DNA of 64,000 nucleotides, from contig NC_135815.1 in NCBI RefSeq assembly GCF_964213995.1, positions 56,420,001-56,484,000 on the forward strand, written 5' to 3'. The stretch's first letter is position 1; every line of letters begins with the position of its first letter. This stretch comes from Mustelus asterias. Taxonomy: Eukaryota. The notes beneath the pieces were generated by a model, which was given only the letters and a program-made list of their open reading frames with translations, had not been told where the DNA came from and searched no databases. Below are positions 25,604-38,009 of the stretch, piece after piece. The position numbers and the translations under genes were made by a program.

Positions 25604-25960
25604 ACATAGGAGCATAGGATTTAGGAGCATGAGTAGGCCATTCGGCTCTTCAAGTCTGCTCTGCCATTCAGTACCATCATGGCTGACCTACACTTTCCTG
25701 TCTGAACCCCCATAACCCTTTATTCCCTTGTCTATCCAAAATCTGTCTAACTTTGCCTTGAGTAAATTCAATGATGTAGCCTTCATTGCTCTCTGAGGAA
25801 GGGAATTCCACATACTACTGACCCGCTAAGAGAAAAAAATTCTCCTAATCTCAGTCATAAAAGAAAGACTTCTTATTTTAAACTGTGTCCCCTAATTGTA
25901 GTTGCCCCGACAAGTGGAAACATTCTGCTGGTATCTACCCTATCAAGTCCCATTCCAGAT
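25604..25960 (-). mobile_element. Old CR1 3' end next to an L2-like relic (about 25320-25600)
   Basis: CR1 tail catagga...gagtaggccattcggc; decayed C-terminal motifs. Confidence 0.65.
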
Positions 25961-26534
25961 CTCATGAGTCAGGAGAGGGGTGAGCTGAAGGTAACTAATT
26001 AAATGTTGGTAGGAGTTAGTAAGTGAATTTTTTCATTAGATTCAAGGCAGCCAAGAGGTTTTTAATGTAAAAATTACAGGTCAGGAACCTGATCCACCCT
26101 TATTACATGTTTACTGATGGAAAAGTGATTTTCGTTTTGTACATTTATGTTTAGCACACTTTTTTTAGGAGAAATTATTGGCCCCATCATCTAGCCAGCC
26201 AACTTGGCTTGGTCTCTTTCCAGTGACTATGATTAGTGGTCTCCTGAATCAAAATAAGCTAATTTTTTTCATGTCAAAACAAAATAAAAAATGTTTAATT
26301 TTATGTCAATGAAAGGGAATTTTGTTTTGCACACACAAAGACACTAGATAAAATCTTTTTATATGTCAAGTCAAGCGATATAATCTTTAATTTCAAGCAT
26401 AATGAAAGTGGAAAAAATATTTTATTTCATGCATGAATGCTAATGATATAATATTTGTTTCTTATGTCATGAAAATGGATGGTTTTGTTTCATGTGGCCT
26501 ACTCCTGCTCCTATTTATTGTGTTCTTGTTCTTA

Positions 26535-26891
26535 TAGAACTATAGAATCCCTATCGTGCAGAAGGAAGCCATTCAGCCAATCAAATCTGCATCAGCTCTC
26601 CGAAAGAGCATCCTACCCAGATCCTCCCGACCACCCTATCCCCATAACCCTGCCTATTTACCGTGGCTAATTTACCTAACCTGCATATCTTTGAACAATA
26701 AGGGGCAATTGAACATGGCCAATCCACCTAACCTGCACATCTTTAGACTGTGGGAGGAAACAGGAGCACCTGGAGGAAACCCATGCAGACACGGGGAGAA
26801 CGTGCAAACTCCACACAGCCACCTAAGGCCGGAATCGAATCCGGGTCTTTGTGAGGCAGGAGTGCTAACCTCTGTGCCACCGTGCTGCCCC
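26535..26891 (-). mobile_element. HE1-like V-SINE
   Basis: Head ggggcagcacggtggcacag and B box on the minus strand; CR1-type tail. Confidence 0.82.
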
Positions 26892-26929
26892 AAATAATCT
26901 GCAATGCAGTTGTTTGTTTTAGAAAGCCA

Positions 26930-27262
26930 CTAACAGATGCCCTGTACTTATTTCCAGTGCAGTACGGAGGAAGTACTGCATTTTAGGAGATGTAGAAGCA
27001 AGGCCCCAGTTTCCTGCACAGGTGAATGTAAAAGATCATATAGCACTATCTTAGAAAAGGACAGGGGAGTTATCCCAGGTGTCCTGGCCAATAATTATCC
27101 CTCTATTAACATAAACACAGATTTTCTGACCATGCAAATTGCTATGTGCAAATTGGCTGCCACGTTTCCTACACTACAATAGTGAGTTCACTTTAAAAGT
27201 ACTTCTTTGACTGTATAAGGCTGTTGGTCATGAAAAATGCTTTATAAATACAATTTTTTTTC
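26930..27262 (+). mobile_element. Deu-domain SINE relic
   Basis: Reverse-complement similarity to 10652-10960. Confidence 0.6.
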
Positions 27263-27294
27263 TCCCCAGGCTTTGTGCATGCTACTCAACCTGC

Positions 27295-27392
27295 TCTGAT
27301 AAAGAGTCATCCAGACTCAAAACGTTAGCTCTGTTCTCTCTGCACAATTACTGTCAGACCAGCTGAGATTTTCCAGCATTCTCTGTTTTTGC
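27295..27392 (+). mobile_element. Penelope-type terminal fragment (second family) with a decayed hammerhead
   Basis: CTGATAAA-GAGTC-atcca-GACTC-AAAACGTT: helix II intact, core positions mutated. Confidence 0.55.
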
Positions 27393-27498
27393 TATTGGAC
27401 TGCCACCTGCTCCCAGCATGTTACTAACTTAAAATGAAGAATGTTGAGAGGAAAATCCACACAGACACAGTAACATAACATGTATCTTTCTTTTTCAG

Positions 27499-27582
27499 GT
27501 GTGTCTAAAGGGGACTTCAGTAACAGCAGTCACACGTTGTTTTACATTTCTATTGTTCATACAAATATCAACACAGAAAAAT
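27499..27582 (+). CDS. Kinesin-like gene exon (switch I region): GVSKGDFSNSSHTLFYISIVHTNINTEK
   Basis: Polypyrimidine tract plus cag, gtaaga donor; phase 1 to 1; SH-T-LF-x-I pattern of beta6. Confidence 0.88.
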
Positions 27583-28091
27583 GTAAGAATTCATGTTAAT
27601 ATATTGTTCTCCTCTGTAAATTTAATGTCACATGAACTAAGCTGTGCAAAATATGGGTCTGTATCAAAATGAATTTTGTAAATGTTTCACAGAATTAAAA
27701 CTACATTGAAACATCTGCATATTTTCTAATTGCACCTTGTTTCCTGTGAATAACATTTGAGATTTATGTCCATCCACCCTATCCCACATAATTGTGGTAC
27801 CTTGGCCAGTTTGGGCAAACAATATCAGGAAAATTCCTCTCTTTACTCCTGAGTCAATTAAAGCGATTCTAGGAGATCACTCTTGTCCTAACAGTTTCCT
27901 GCAGTATCTATCTTTTATAAGAAGTGATCTCTGGTCCAGGTGGAAATAGTTTCAGCTTTCAATTAAAGGAATTCAATGAATTAGTGTCTATCGCATAAAC
28001 TGACAGCCTGTTCCAGAGATCCACGATTCTCTTGAAGAACAACCACCTCCAGATATCTAATCGAGATCTGGCCTTATGCAATTCACAATTG

Positions 28092-28455
28092 ATTTTGATT
28101 TGATTTATTATTGTCACATGTATTAACATACAGTGAAAAGTATTGTTTCTTGCGCGCTATACAGACAAAACATACCATTCATAGAGAAGGAAACGAGAGA
28201 GTGCAGAATGTAGTGTTGCAGTTATAACTAGGGTGTAGAGAACGATCAACTTAATGCAAGGTAAGTCCATTCAAAAGTCTGAAAGCAGCAGGGAAGAAGC
28301 TGTTCTTGAGTCGGTTAGTACGTGACCTCAGACTTTTGTATCTTTTTCCCGAAGGAAGAAGGTGGAAGAAAGATTTCTGGGGTCCTTAATTATGCTGGCT
28401 GCTTTGCCGAGGCAGCGGGAAGTGTAGACAGAGTCAATGGATGGGAGGCTGGTTG
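28092..28455 (-). mobile_element. Rex1/Babar-like LINE 3' end
   Basis: Minus strand FHLLPSGKRYKSLRSRTNRLKNSFFPAAFRLLNG. Confidence 0.8.
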
Positions 28456-29304
28456 ACTTGTCCTTCTTGTGACTCCTTGTCCTCCATTACATACTTAATT
28501 GGAAGCAACAGTCAAGCTTCACACAACTTATTCCCTTCATGATCTTATAAATCTTAATCTGATCATTTTAAGTCAAAACATTTTTAAAGTGAATCCTTTT
28601 AGCTCTTTTAGCTCATCTAAGATGCAAAGAATTGGGAGTTAATCTGGCGCCCCCCCTGCTCCCCCCCCCCACCCCACCCCATTGCCCATTTTCCAAAGCC
28701 TCAATAGCACCCACTACTTGAGAAGATCAAATCAGGACAGAGTGGGACAGGGATTCACTGATTCCATTTGTCACTGGTGAGAATTCTAATCACCTGCTGA
28801 ATGAGGCATCAGGCCTAAAATGGCATTCCGCTGGTTGTGAATGCATTTGGGATCCACCTGGCCCCTCTCTGCTGGCCCCGATCAGGTTCCCTCCCAGAGT
28901 GACTGGGAACCCAATAATTATATAAAACCCCTCATTGTAATCTCATTAGCGGGCTCGATGGCCCATTCAGCAGCCTCTCGCTATTCATCCATCTCCCCCA
29001 TGGGAACTGCACCGTGTGGTCATGACCTTCGTGGCCCTGGTGTGTTGGGGTTCGAAGGGGGTCAAGGAGGGAGGGCCCATGTGCCCCTCTGCCACAGCCA
29101 GGCTCCAAGGGTTCTGGGGGTTGGGTGGGCTCTGGCTGGGATCAAGGGGTTCACCTTGGCACTCTACCCCGGGATGAGGCTCTCGTGGCTAGACTACCCT
29201 TCTAGCCCTGGGAAAGGTGCTGTTCTGTTTCAGGATGGTGAATTCAGATACTCTCCTGGGGTAAGATATTCATTATTGTCTTTATCCGCTAAAACCCTTA
29301 CCTG

Positions 29305-29482
29305 GTCCAAAGATGTGCAGGTTAGGTTGATTGGCCAGGTTAAAAATTGCCCCTTAGAATCCTGGGATGCGTAGATTAGTGGGTAAATATGTGGGGGTAG
29401 GGCCTGGGTGGGATTGTGGTCGGTGCAGACTCGATGGGCCGAATGGCCTCCTTCTGCACTGTAGGATTTCTATGATTTCTAT
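29305..29482 (+). mobile_element. HE1-like SINE 3' half
   Basis: Matches 1413-1598. Confidence 0.8.
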
Positions 29483-30098
29483 GGTCACTAATCTATTTGC
29501 CCCCTGGGCAGCTGGAAGGCTCCCAAATCACCACAGCAGTTAATGCTCTTTAAGTCAGTCACTTTCACTAAGGGGCGCGGATTCCCTTCTCCACAGCTGT
29601 TTGCTCATGCCCATTTTTTTAACACAGCATTTATTTAAAGGCTCTGAGCCTTCATAGAAAGCTAAGAACCTTTGAAATACCTCCAAACCTTCTGAAAACC
29701 TTTGTTTCCATTAAATCACTGTCCAGTCTTTTTAATCATCCTTTGATTGACAGCTTAATGATTTTTTTACTCATCATGCAGTCAGCTGTGTTTATTTACC
29801 TTTCCTTCATGCCTCAATGCATCTCATGTATACCCTATTGTATCTAACCGCAATGTTTACACAAGAGAGGACATGAACACCACTTAACTGGTTTGAAGTT
29901 GTCTACAGCTGCTTGTGGTCGCAGGATAAAATTATTGCCCATGCAGTGAATGGTAACTGAAACAGAGGGATAAAAAGAGCAGCAATATTAGTTAATAAAA
30001 AGAGAAACTTAACTGTCAACAAGAAAGTAATGCAATCGATCGGAAAGTATAAAAGAAAAGAATCCACAACATTTAACCAAATATGTTTTTATATTTAG

Positions 30099-30136
30099 CT
30101 GAAGAAAAATGCATAACAGCAGGCAAGCTTACACTG
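30099..30136 (+). CDS. Kinesin-like gene 38 nt exon: SEEKCITAGKLTL
   Basis: tttag acceptor, gtaaga donor; GKLxL precedes VDLAGS in kinesins; phase 1 to 0. Confidence 0.88.
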
Positions 30137-30222
30137 GTAAGACTGCACTAAGTTACATTTTTGAAAGCTTTTGGTATATTTGAAGTTTGATAATATTCAT
30201 TTTATGTGTATTTCTTCTTTAG

Positions 30223-30246
30223 GTGGATTTAGCTGGATCTGGTCAA
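30223..30246 (+). CDS. Kinesin-like gene 24 nt micro-exon (switch II): VDLAGSGQ
   Basis: tttcttctttag acceptor, gtaagt donor; phase 0 to 0. Confidence 0.9.
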
Positions 30247-30458
30247 GTAAGTAGAATTTTCATTGACAAATACAATATAAAGAAATCTAAAGATACAAAA
30301 CACACCAAGGAGAAGAAATCAAAATTATATTGATCACATTTTCATTAAGTATCTCCTATATATATATATGTAAAAATCAGAATAATTAATTGCTAATTAA
30401 TTTCAAATCAAACTTATCAACTAATTAACATTAGACCTTAAATTATTTTATTTGTTGT

Positions 30459-31410
30459 TGTTATGAGGTTTTGTTTTAAAGAAACAGTTTCCAATTCTTT
30501 TTCTGGCTGGACTTTAAAAAGCAATAAACCATAATCCTATTAAGACAATGGAGGGTTGCCAGCCAGTCATAATGTGCAACTTCCATTTCATCCAAGTGGG
30601 ATGAAAAGGAACAGATACAAACCCCGTGGGGAGCATGAAAGACCCCATCTCCTGTTGGTTTTTATGCTACCATGAAACTTTTCAAAAGTTTCTGAGATGA
30701 GACATTAACATGCAAATACCTGTTCTAAAAAACAATGAATTATAAAAGACATAGATTAATCAAATTCCTTTGGAATATACAGCCAGCAGGACTTTTAAGA
30801 ACTATTTACCAAGCCAGAGAGATCAGAGTTGAGTGTTCAGAATGCTATGCTGAAAGGCTGCAAAGAAGCTCTCTTTCTCTCCAAAGTATTGTACCTAGAT
30901 CTGCAAGGCAAGTATCCTAAGAAGAGAAATATACTGCAAACACACCTTTTGGGGATAAAACAGGGAAATCAGACCCAGAAAACTACACCCAGGAACATAA
31001 CTGAACAAAATGGCTGCAAAGTGGAATCACCACATTGATACCAGCTAACGGATACTCCATTACTGTATTACAAACTGTAAAAGAAACCTTTATGCTATCC
31101 ACTTACCCTATCATCTCTATTAGTGTGTGTGTGTGGGCTCAGGGAATGTGTATGATGTATGAATGGTGGTTGTAATTTAGCCAGTATTTTTTAAATTCAG
31201 GAAGTAGTTTCAATAAACTTATCTTCTTCTTTGTTTAAACTCTGAAGAACTGCCTAGCTAATCCTTTATAACGTGAAGCATACATTGTGAGATTTCTGTA
31301 GTACTGGCAAACCACATCCTCTCTAAATTCAGAAAAAAAATCCTGTAATGGTCAGACCTGTTTGGTAGAATCCGGGATTCATTTTTACCCCTCCTCACAT
31401 GATCATGATA
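30459..31410 (+). mobile_element. Probable solo ERV LTR
   Basis: Starts TGTTATGA, decayed end TCATGATA, AATAAA near 31213; no coding signal. Confidence 0.5.
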
Positions 31411-31424
31411 TTATATAAATGAAT

Positions 31425-32087
31425 TACAACAACAACGTATATTTACATAGTACCTTTAATGTTATGCAATGTCCCATGGTGTTTCACAGGAGCATTATAA
31501 AACAATGCATGACACCGAGCCATATAAGGAGATATTAGGTCAGGTGACCAAAAGTGTGGTCAAATAGTTAGGATTTAAGAAGAATCCTAAAGGAGGCAAG
31601 CAAGTTAGAGAGGAAGGGAGCTCCACAGCTTGGGGCGTCGGCAACTGAAGGCCTGCCCAGAATGATGGAACAATTATGATTGAAAATGCAAAGGAGGCCA
31701 CAATTAGGGGAACACAGATACTTTGGAGAGTGTGGAGTTGGAGGAGATCACAGAGATAAGAGGGTGCAAGGCCATGGAGAGATTTGAAATCAAGGATGAG
31801 AATTTTAAAATCTAGATGTTGCTTGACTGGGAACCATTGTAGGTCAGCGAGCATAGGGGTGACAGTGAAATATGACTTTCAGTGAGTTAAGACATGGGCA
31901 GCAGAGTTTTGGATGAACTCAAGTTCACAGAGGGTAGAATGGGGGAAACCAGCCAGAAATGCATTGTAATAGTCACATCTAGATGTAATGAAGATGTAGA
32001 AGAGGGTTTCAGCAACAGATGAGCTGAGACAGGGACAAAGTTGAGCGAAATTACAGAGGTGGAATAGACGGTCTTACAGATGACATA
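31425..32087 (-). mobile_element. L2 LINE 3' end
   Basis: LADLQWFPVKQHLDFKILILDFKSLHGLAPSYL; further L2-like pieces probably lie at 33225-33830. Confidence 0.85.
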
Positions 32088-32745
32088 AAGTCATAGTCAT
32101 AGAGTCATAGAGGTTTACAGCATGGAAACAGGCCCCTCGGCCCAACTTGTCCATGCCGCCCTTTCTTTTTTAAAACCCCTAAGCTAATCCCAATTGCCCG
32201 CATTTGGCCTATATCCCTCTATACCCATTTTATCCATGTAACTATCTAACCCGCCTCTACTACTACCTCCTGGCAGCTTGTTCCAGACACTCACCACCCT
32301 CTGTGTGAAAAAATTGCTCCTCTGGACACTTTTGTATCTCTCCCCTCTCATCTTAAACCTCTGCCCTCTAGTTTTAGACTCCCCTACCTTTGGGAAAAGA
32401 TATTGACAATGGAGGGTTGCCAGCCAGCCATAATATGCAACTTCCATTTCATCCAAGTGGGATGAAAAGGAACAGATACAAACCCCGTGGGGAGCATGAA
32501 AGACCCCATCTCCTGTTGGCTTTTATGCTACCATGAAACTTTTCAAAAGTTTCTGAGATAGCTGATCTGTGCCCCTCATTATTTTATGGACCTCTATAAG
32601 ATCACCCCTCAGCCTCCTATGCTTCAGAGAAAAAAGTCCCAGTCTATCCAGCCTCTCCTTATAACTCAATCCATCAAGTCCCGGTAGCATCCTAGTAAAT
32701 CTTTTCTGCACTCTTTCTAGTTTAATAATATCCTTTCTATAATAG
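32088..32745 (-). mobile_element. CR1 3' end carrying a 155 bp foreign insert
   Basis: Same subfamily as 60208-61045; insert at 32405-32559. Confidence 0.9.
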
Positions 32746-32814
32746 AAAGGACATGACCAAGAAGGTTGTGAACAGACTGGCTTAATCTCAGACTGTTGTC
32801 AGCGAGAGGGGTAG

Positions 32815-33225
32815 GAACATAGGATATAGGAACAGGAGTAAGCTCTTTGATCCATTGAGCCTGCTCAGTCATTCAAACAAATCATGGCTGAACATCTGCC
32901 TCTATGCCATTTTTCCTTATTATCTCCAAATCTCTTGATGTAATTAATATCCAAAAACCTCTATTTCTGTCTTGAACATGCTCAAAGATTGAACTTGCAC
33001 AGCTCTCCGGGGTGGAGAATTCCAAAGATTCACTGCCTTCTGTGGGAAGAAATACCTCCTCAGCTCAGTGCTGCCCCTGGTTCTAGACTCACCAGTCAGA
33101 GAAACATCCCATCTACATCTACCCTTTCAAGCCCTGAAGGAATTTTGTGTGCTTCAATTAGATCACTTCTCATTTTTTGAAACTCAAGAGAATACAAGCC
33201 CAGTCTCCTCAATCTCTCCTCATAG
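32815..33225 (-). mobile_element. CR1 3' end
   Basis: YEERLRRLGLYSLEFQKMRSDLIE. Confidence 0.8.
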
Positions 33226-34451
33226 TGGTTTTGGCTGAAGTCAGTTGTTAAGGAGCAAAGTTTGCAGCAGGGATTGAATTCAACGATTTCAGTCTTCCCA
33301 ATATTTAATTGGAGGAAAATTTTCCTAACAAATAAATACATTTTCAGATGATGCACAGGCAGTGTGGCAGGATTATGATATGGTGGAGCTATGGACAATG
33401 AGACTGTTGTGATTGCCAAATCTGCTGGCAATGTCTTTGCCTTGAATCACTCAGATTTGTTGAGTTGGAATGTGAGTTAGAGAGAATCTGATACACAAGC
33501 AAGGGTGGAAATTTCTGGACAGCTTACTGCAGAGTATTGTCACATCTCAGAGAAAAGAATTAGTTCAGGAATGTGTGATTGTTATTCAATAGGATCGGGG
33601 GAACAGAGAGCAGATAGATAAGGAAGTCCAGAGACAATGGTCTTTTCCATCAGGTACAATATATTTGCTATCTGTGAGGATAAATATGAAGACTGCAGGG
33701 AAGATGGCCAGATTACTAATCATGGTAACATGGACCAGGAGATAGTCCAAGGTAGTGAAGGGGCAGAATAGAAAGGCTGTCACCACAGCAAATTCATTAA
33801 TTAGGAAGCTATATAGAATCATCTGCTGCCACAACCTAGAGACAAGAAGGTTGTTTCTCTATCTGACAAATCACATCTTAGAGCAACTAGAGAGAACTAG
33901 ATAGGGGGAAAGATCTAGTGAAAATCGCATAAACCAGAGGATATAATAAACAGATGACGAGAGTAAAGAACAGATCAAGATAAAGAGTAAAAGTAACATA
34001 ATCAGTCAGGGAACAGATATAGTTGCAGAACATTAAAACAACTGTTAAAATGAATGGAACAATTAATAATTCAAACTAAAGGGGAACTGACGGCAATAAT
34101 TCTTAGCAAAGAACCAGTTGTAGTAGGGATAGTTGAAACATAGTTACATAGAGAACAGGACTGGCTGTCAAATATTACTGGGCATTACATATTTAAGATG
34201 TAGGGAGAAGAAAGAGAAGATTTAAAAAATCAGGATGTGTCACTGGTAAAGTCAGCATTTATTGCCCATCCTTGAGAATGTGTTGGTGAGCTGTCTTCTT
34301 GAGTACAACTGGATGGTTTGTTAAGCAATTTCAGAGGTTGTGGGTCAGTTTGTGGGTCTGGAGCCACATATGGACCAGACCTGGTAAGGACAGCAGGTCT
34401 CCTTGTCGGAAGGAAATCTGTGGTTTTAGAATGAAAATCCAATAGTTTCGT

Positions 34452-37400
34452 GGGCCGCGATTCTCCCATTGCGACCTGCAACTTTTCTGGCGGGTCAGGC
34501 CGGGAGATGTGCGTGTCGGCCATTTTGTGGGTTCCCCGACAGTTTTTACGACCTGCGCGCATCTCCCAGCTGGAGAAAAATGGCGCCGCCGGGAACCCGC
34601 TGAAAATCGGTGGGCCGCTGTTTAGCATGAGTTTACATACCTCTGCATGCTATTATCGGAATCCACATGGCAATCTCCACCCATGTCTGCGTCTCCCACC
34701 TCTTTGGCGTGATGTAATTTTGGCGCGAACCAGAACAGGTATTTAAAAGTTGCAACCTGGCGTGGCAGCCTTGAACTCACGTGAAGAGATAGGTGTTGCC
34801 AGCGGAGCGTGGGGGATGTTGCAGGCAGATCCTGGAGATGCCTGGTGGCCTTCCTCCAGCTGCCCATTGACGAGTGACATCTGTGGGGGGCGGCGGGGCG
34901 GGGGGGGGGGGGGGGGGGGCGGCAGGGGGGGGGCAGGGGGGGGGGGCGCTGTTGGGGGGGCTTCCATTTCCTCACAACTCCTTGGGTGAGGTTCTGTCAG
35001 GGAGTCCTGCTCCCCCCGCCCGCCCCCCCCCCCCCACCCCACCCAAGCAGCGCTGAAGCTGACTTGGGAAGCAGCCTTGAGGGTTCCCGCTCCCCCCCCC
35101 TACCGCCTGCCCTCCCTCCAAGCAGTGCTGAAGCGCACTGTGAGAGGCAGCGTCGAGGGCTCCTGCTTCCCCCCCACCCCGCCTCCAAGCAGCGCTGAAG
35201 CTGACTGTAGGAAGCAGTCTTGAGGGCTCCTGCTTCCTCCCAACCCCCACCCCCCCCCTCCAAGCAGCGCTGAAGCTGACTGTGAGAGGCAGCGTCGAGC
35301 GCTCCCGCACCCCCCACCCCCCCACCCCTCCTCCAAGCAGCGCTGTAGCTGACTGTGAGAGGCAGCGTCGAGGGCTCCCGTTTCCCCCACCCCTCCTCCA
35401 AGCAGCGCTGAAGCTGACTGTGAGAGACAGTGGTGAGGGCTCCCGCTTCCTCCCACCCTCCACAGCACTTTGCAGTGGCATTGTCTTTCTGCGGGGTGTG
35501 GTCAGGGACTTACTAAGTGCTGGTGTTCTGGGGTGGGAATGAGTGTACCATGTGCTGACTGAGGCCTAACCAGATGAAGAAGCTGCTGCTCCAGGCCGGG
35601 TTGCAGAGATTCAGACATGGACTGCATGGAATCTGCAGTCACTGGTTACACATATGCTGGTGATTTGCAGTCTGTCCCTGCCCTGTGACATGGACCAGGA
35701 ACACATGCCTGTAACGGATGCTGCAGTTGCGCACAAAGCAATGGCTCAAGGGTGCACATTGCCCACGTCTGCACACTGACCTGCATAATCTGTGCCAGCA
35801 TTTGTCATGATGGGAATCTCACACAACCCTAATCGGGCCATGCATGGCACCATGGATTGTGTGGGGTTGCCAGCTCCCACAAGTGGGGGTTCTGGCCCAA
35901 GTGAGGGATTGGAGTGGTGCTGGGTCTATGCAGCCAATGATAATAATCCGTCATTCTAGGCTCTTTCCAAACTCCACTGTGCAGATGGATCTCAGTTTGC
36001 TTGATCTGGAGCTGGCCATGTTGGTGGCAGCAGAGGCGGAGGAGGAAGAGGTGGCGGTGACTCAGGAGGTGACGGGCGTGGAGAGACCACCACAAGAGCA
36101 GCCACCACCAGACCCTCAGGAAGGAGGGCAGCAGGCTGCTGCTGAGGGCCAGGAGGTGGGTGAACATGCTCCCAAGAGGTTGCACAGAAGGCGGAGGGTC
36201 CCAAGGCCAAGGAGGTACAGGCCCCGCAATTCCTTCAAGGCCCTCTCGGAGGAGATGTGCCGTCGCCGGCTGCGCTTGTCCAAGACCACGGTGCGTCACA
36301 TTTGTGAGGTGCTCTCACACCTGGCACCTTGGGGGAGCGGCGGCCACCTGTTCCCTGTGGACGTGAAGGTGTTGGCAGCCTCAATGTCTATGCCTCCGGA
36401 TCATTCCAGGCTCCCAGTGGCGACCGAGCTGGGATCTCCCAGGCCTCCGTGCACAGATGTGTGCAGCAGGTCACAGATGCCCTGTATGCCCGGGCAGGGC
36501 AGTTCATTAATTTCGATATGGGCCGTGCACAGCAGGAGGCTCGGGCTGTCGGGTTTGCATCCATCGCCGGGATCCCGAATGTGCAGGGCCCAGTGGATGG
36601 CACGCACATCGCCATGCGGACCCCCCATGCAGGGCCGCAGCAATTTGAACAGGAAGGAGTTCCACTCCCTGAACGTTCAAATTGTTTGCGACCACTGACT
36701 CAAGACCATGTAGCTCGATGCATGCCACCCAGGGAGTGTCCATGACAGCTTTGTGATCCAGCAGTCGGACATCCCTATGCTCTTTGAAGACCTGCCTAGG
36801 CTCCCGGGATGGCTACTGGGTGACAAGGGCTACCCACTAAGGTCATGGCTGATGACACCTGTGCGGAGGCCCCAGACCGAGGCGGAGACCCGCTATAACA
36901 AGACGCATGCAGCCACCCGGTCCGTGGTTGAACGGTGCATCGGCCTGTTGAAGATGAGGTTCCGCTGCTTGGACCGCTCTGTGGGAGGGTGCCCTCCAGT
37001 ATGACCCTGTGCGTGCTTCATGCATTGTTATCATTTGCTGCGCTCTGCACAACATCGCCCAGCAGCGGGGAGACCAGCTAGAGCAGGAGGAGGAGCAGCA
37101 AGGGGGCGAGGTGGGTATCCCACCACATGAAGAGCCAGAGGAAAGACAGTGGCTGTCAACGGCAGGTGTCCGGCAAGGAAGGGCAGCGAGGGATACCTTG
37201 ATTGCAGCCCGCTTCACCCAACTGGTGCTGTGCAGTGAGGAGGGTACAGCCAACGCACAACCACCACCGCCCAGGAGCACGTGCAGCTGCTATTCCCCCT
37301 CCAAATCAACCTGGGCCCTCAAACCACCACATCACCCTTCCCCTGCTCCTGTCACCCCACCACCCTATCCCCCAGAAACATGCGATCCTATTAATGTGCC

Positions 37401-37530
37401 TGGGCTGGCAATGGTTGCGAGTCTTGTTTGAAGGCTGGAGGATGATGACGACTCGCTGTTGTGCACACTGAGTTTGCCTTTTACTGGATACCAGTGAAAT
37501 ATGGTTTCTGACATAGGTCAGCAGGGAACT
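34452..37530 (+). mobile_element. Harbinger DNA transposon with a frameshifted transposase (about 35985-37220)
   Basis: Terminus gggccgcgattctcc; DDE motifs [30 protein letters not shown] and CCALHN spread over several frames. Confidence 0.88.
35043..35465. repeat. Minisatellite: six units of about 62-76 nt
   Basis: Core ccaagcagcgctgaagctgactgtgagaggcagcgtcgagggctcc plus C-rich spacers. Confidence 0.9.
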
Positions 37531-38009
37531 CAATCCATCTTTAATCTACCATGAAAATTGGGAGAACAAAGTTCCAAACTAAATTTCCACAGGTGGAAAA
37601 CAAACCTTTTCAATCATGCCAAATTTAGTGCCCCTGCCCACTGTGATTCCCACCACTGAAAATTCCACCCATGGATTCCCCATGGCAGCTGGGAAATTTA
37701 AATTCAATTAAATAATTTGGAATGAAAATCTAACATCTGTAATGGTAACCATGGGGGTGATGTTCCCAAAAGTGCTGAATTGGCGGGAAAACTGTTCTGA
37801 ATCCCAACTGTTTTCTCAGTTCAGCTTCTTACTCGAATCTCCGGACTCTGTGCAATGTAGAGGGCCCAGTTGTGAATATCATTAAATTCTCAGGGGGCGG
37901 GATCAAAAAGCCTGAAATCGGCGGGATGAGCGGGAACCCGCGCATGTGCACATCGCTGGGAGATCACGGAAAAGACCTCCCAGCATCCAGATCACTGCCA
38001 TCCAAACAG

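Noticed and set aside
30241-30246. Alternative donor after TCTG that might restore DLAGSE
   Set aside because: gtcaag is a poor donor next to a consensus gtaagt; joining G to the 49818 exon gives GGA (Gly) and shifts the frame
35043-35465. CRISPR-like repeat-spacer array
   Set aside because: Spacers are low-complexity C runs rather than unique sequences; eukaryotic context and no cas genes
34622-35481. Poly-Pro/poly-Gly ORFs resembling formin or collagen
   Set aside because: Translations of G/C homopolymer runs
35844-37431. Domesticated HARBI1 host gene
   Set aside because: Several frameshifts, transposon-like termini and multiple related relics in the window indicate ordinary Harbinger copies
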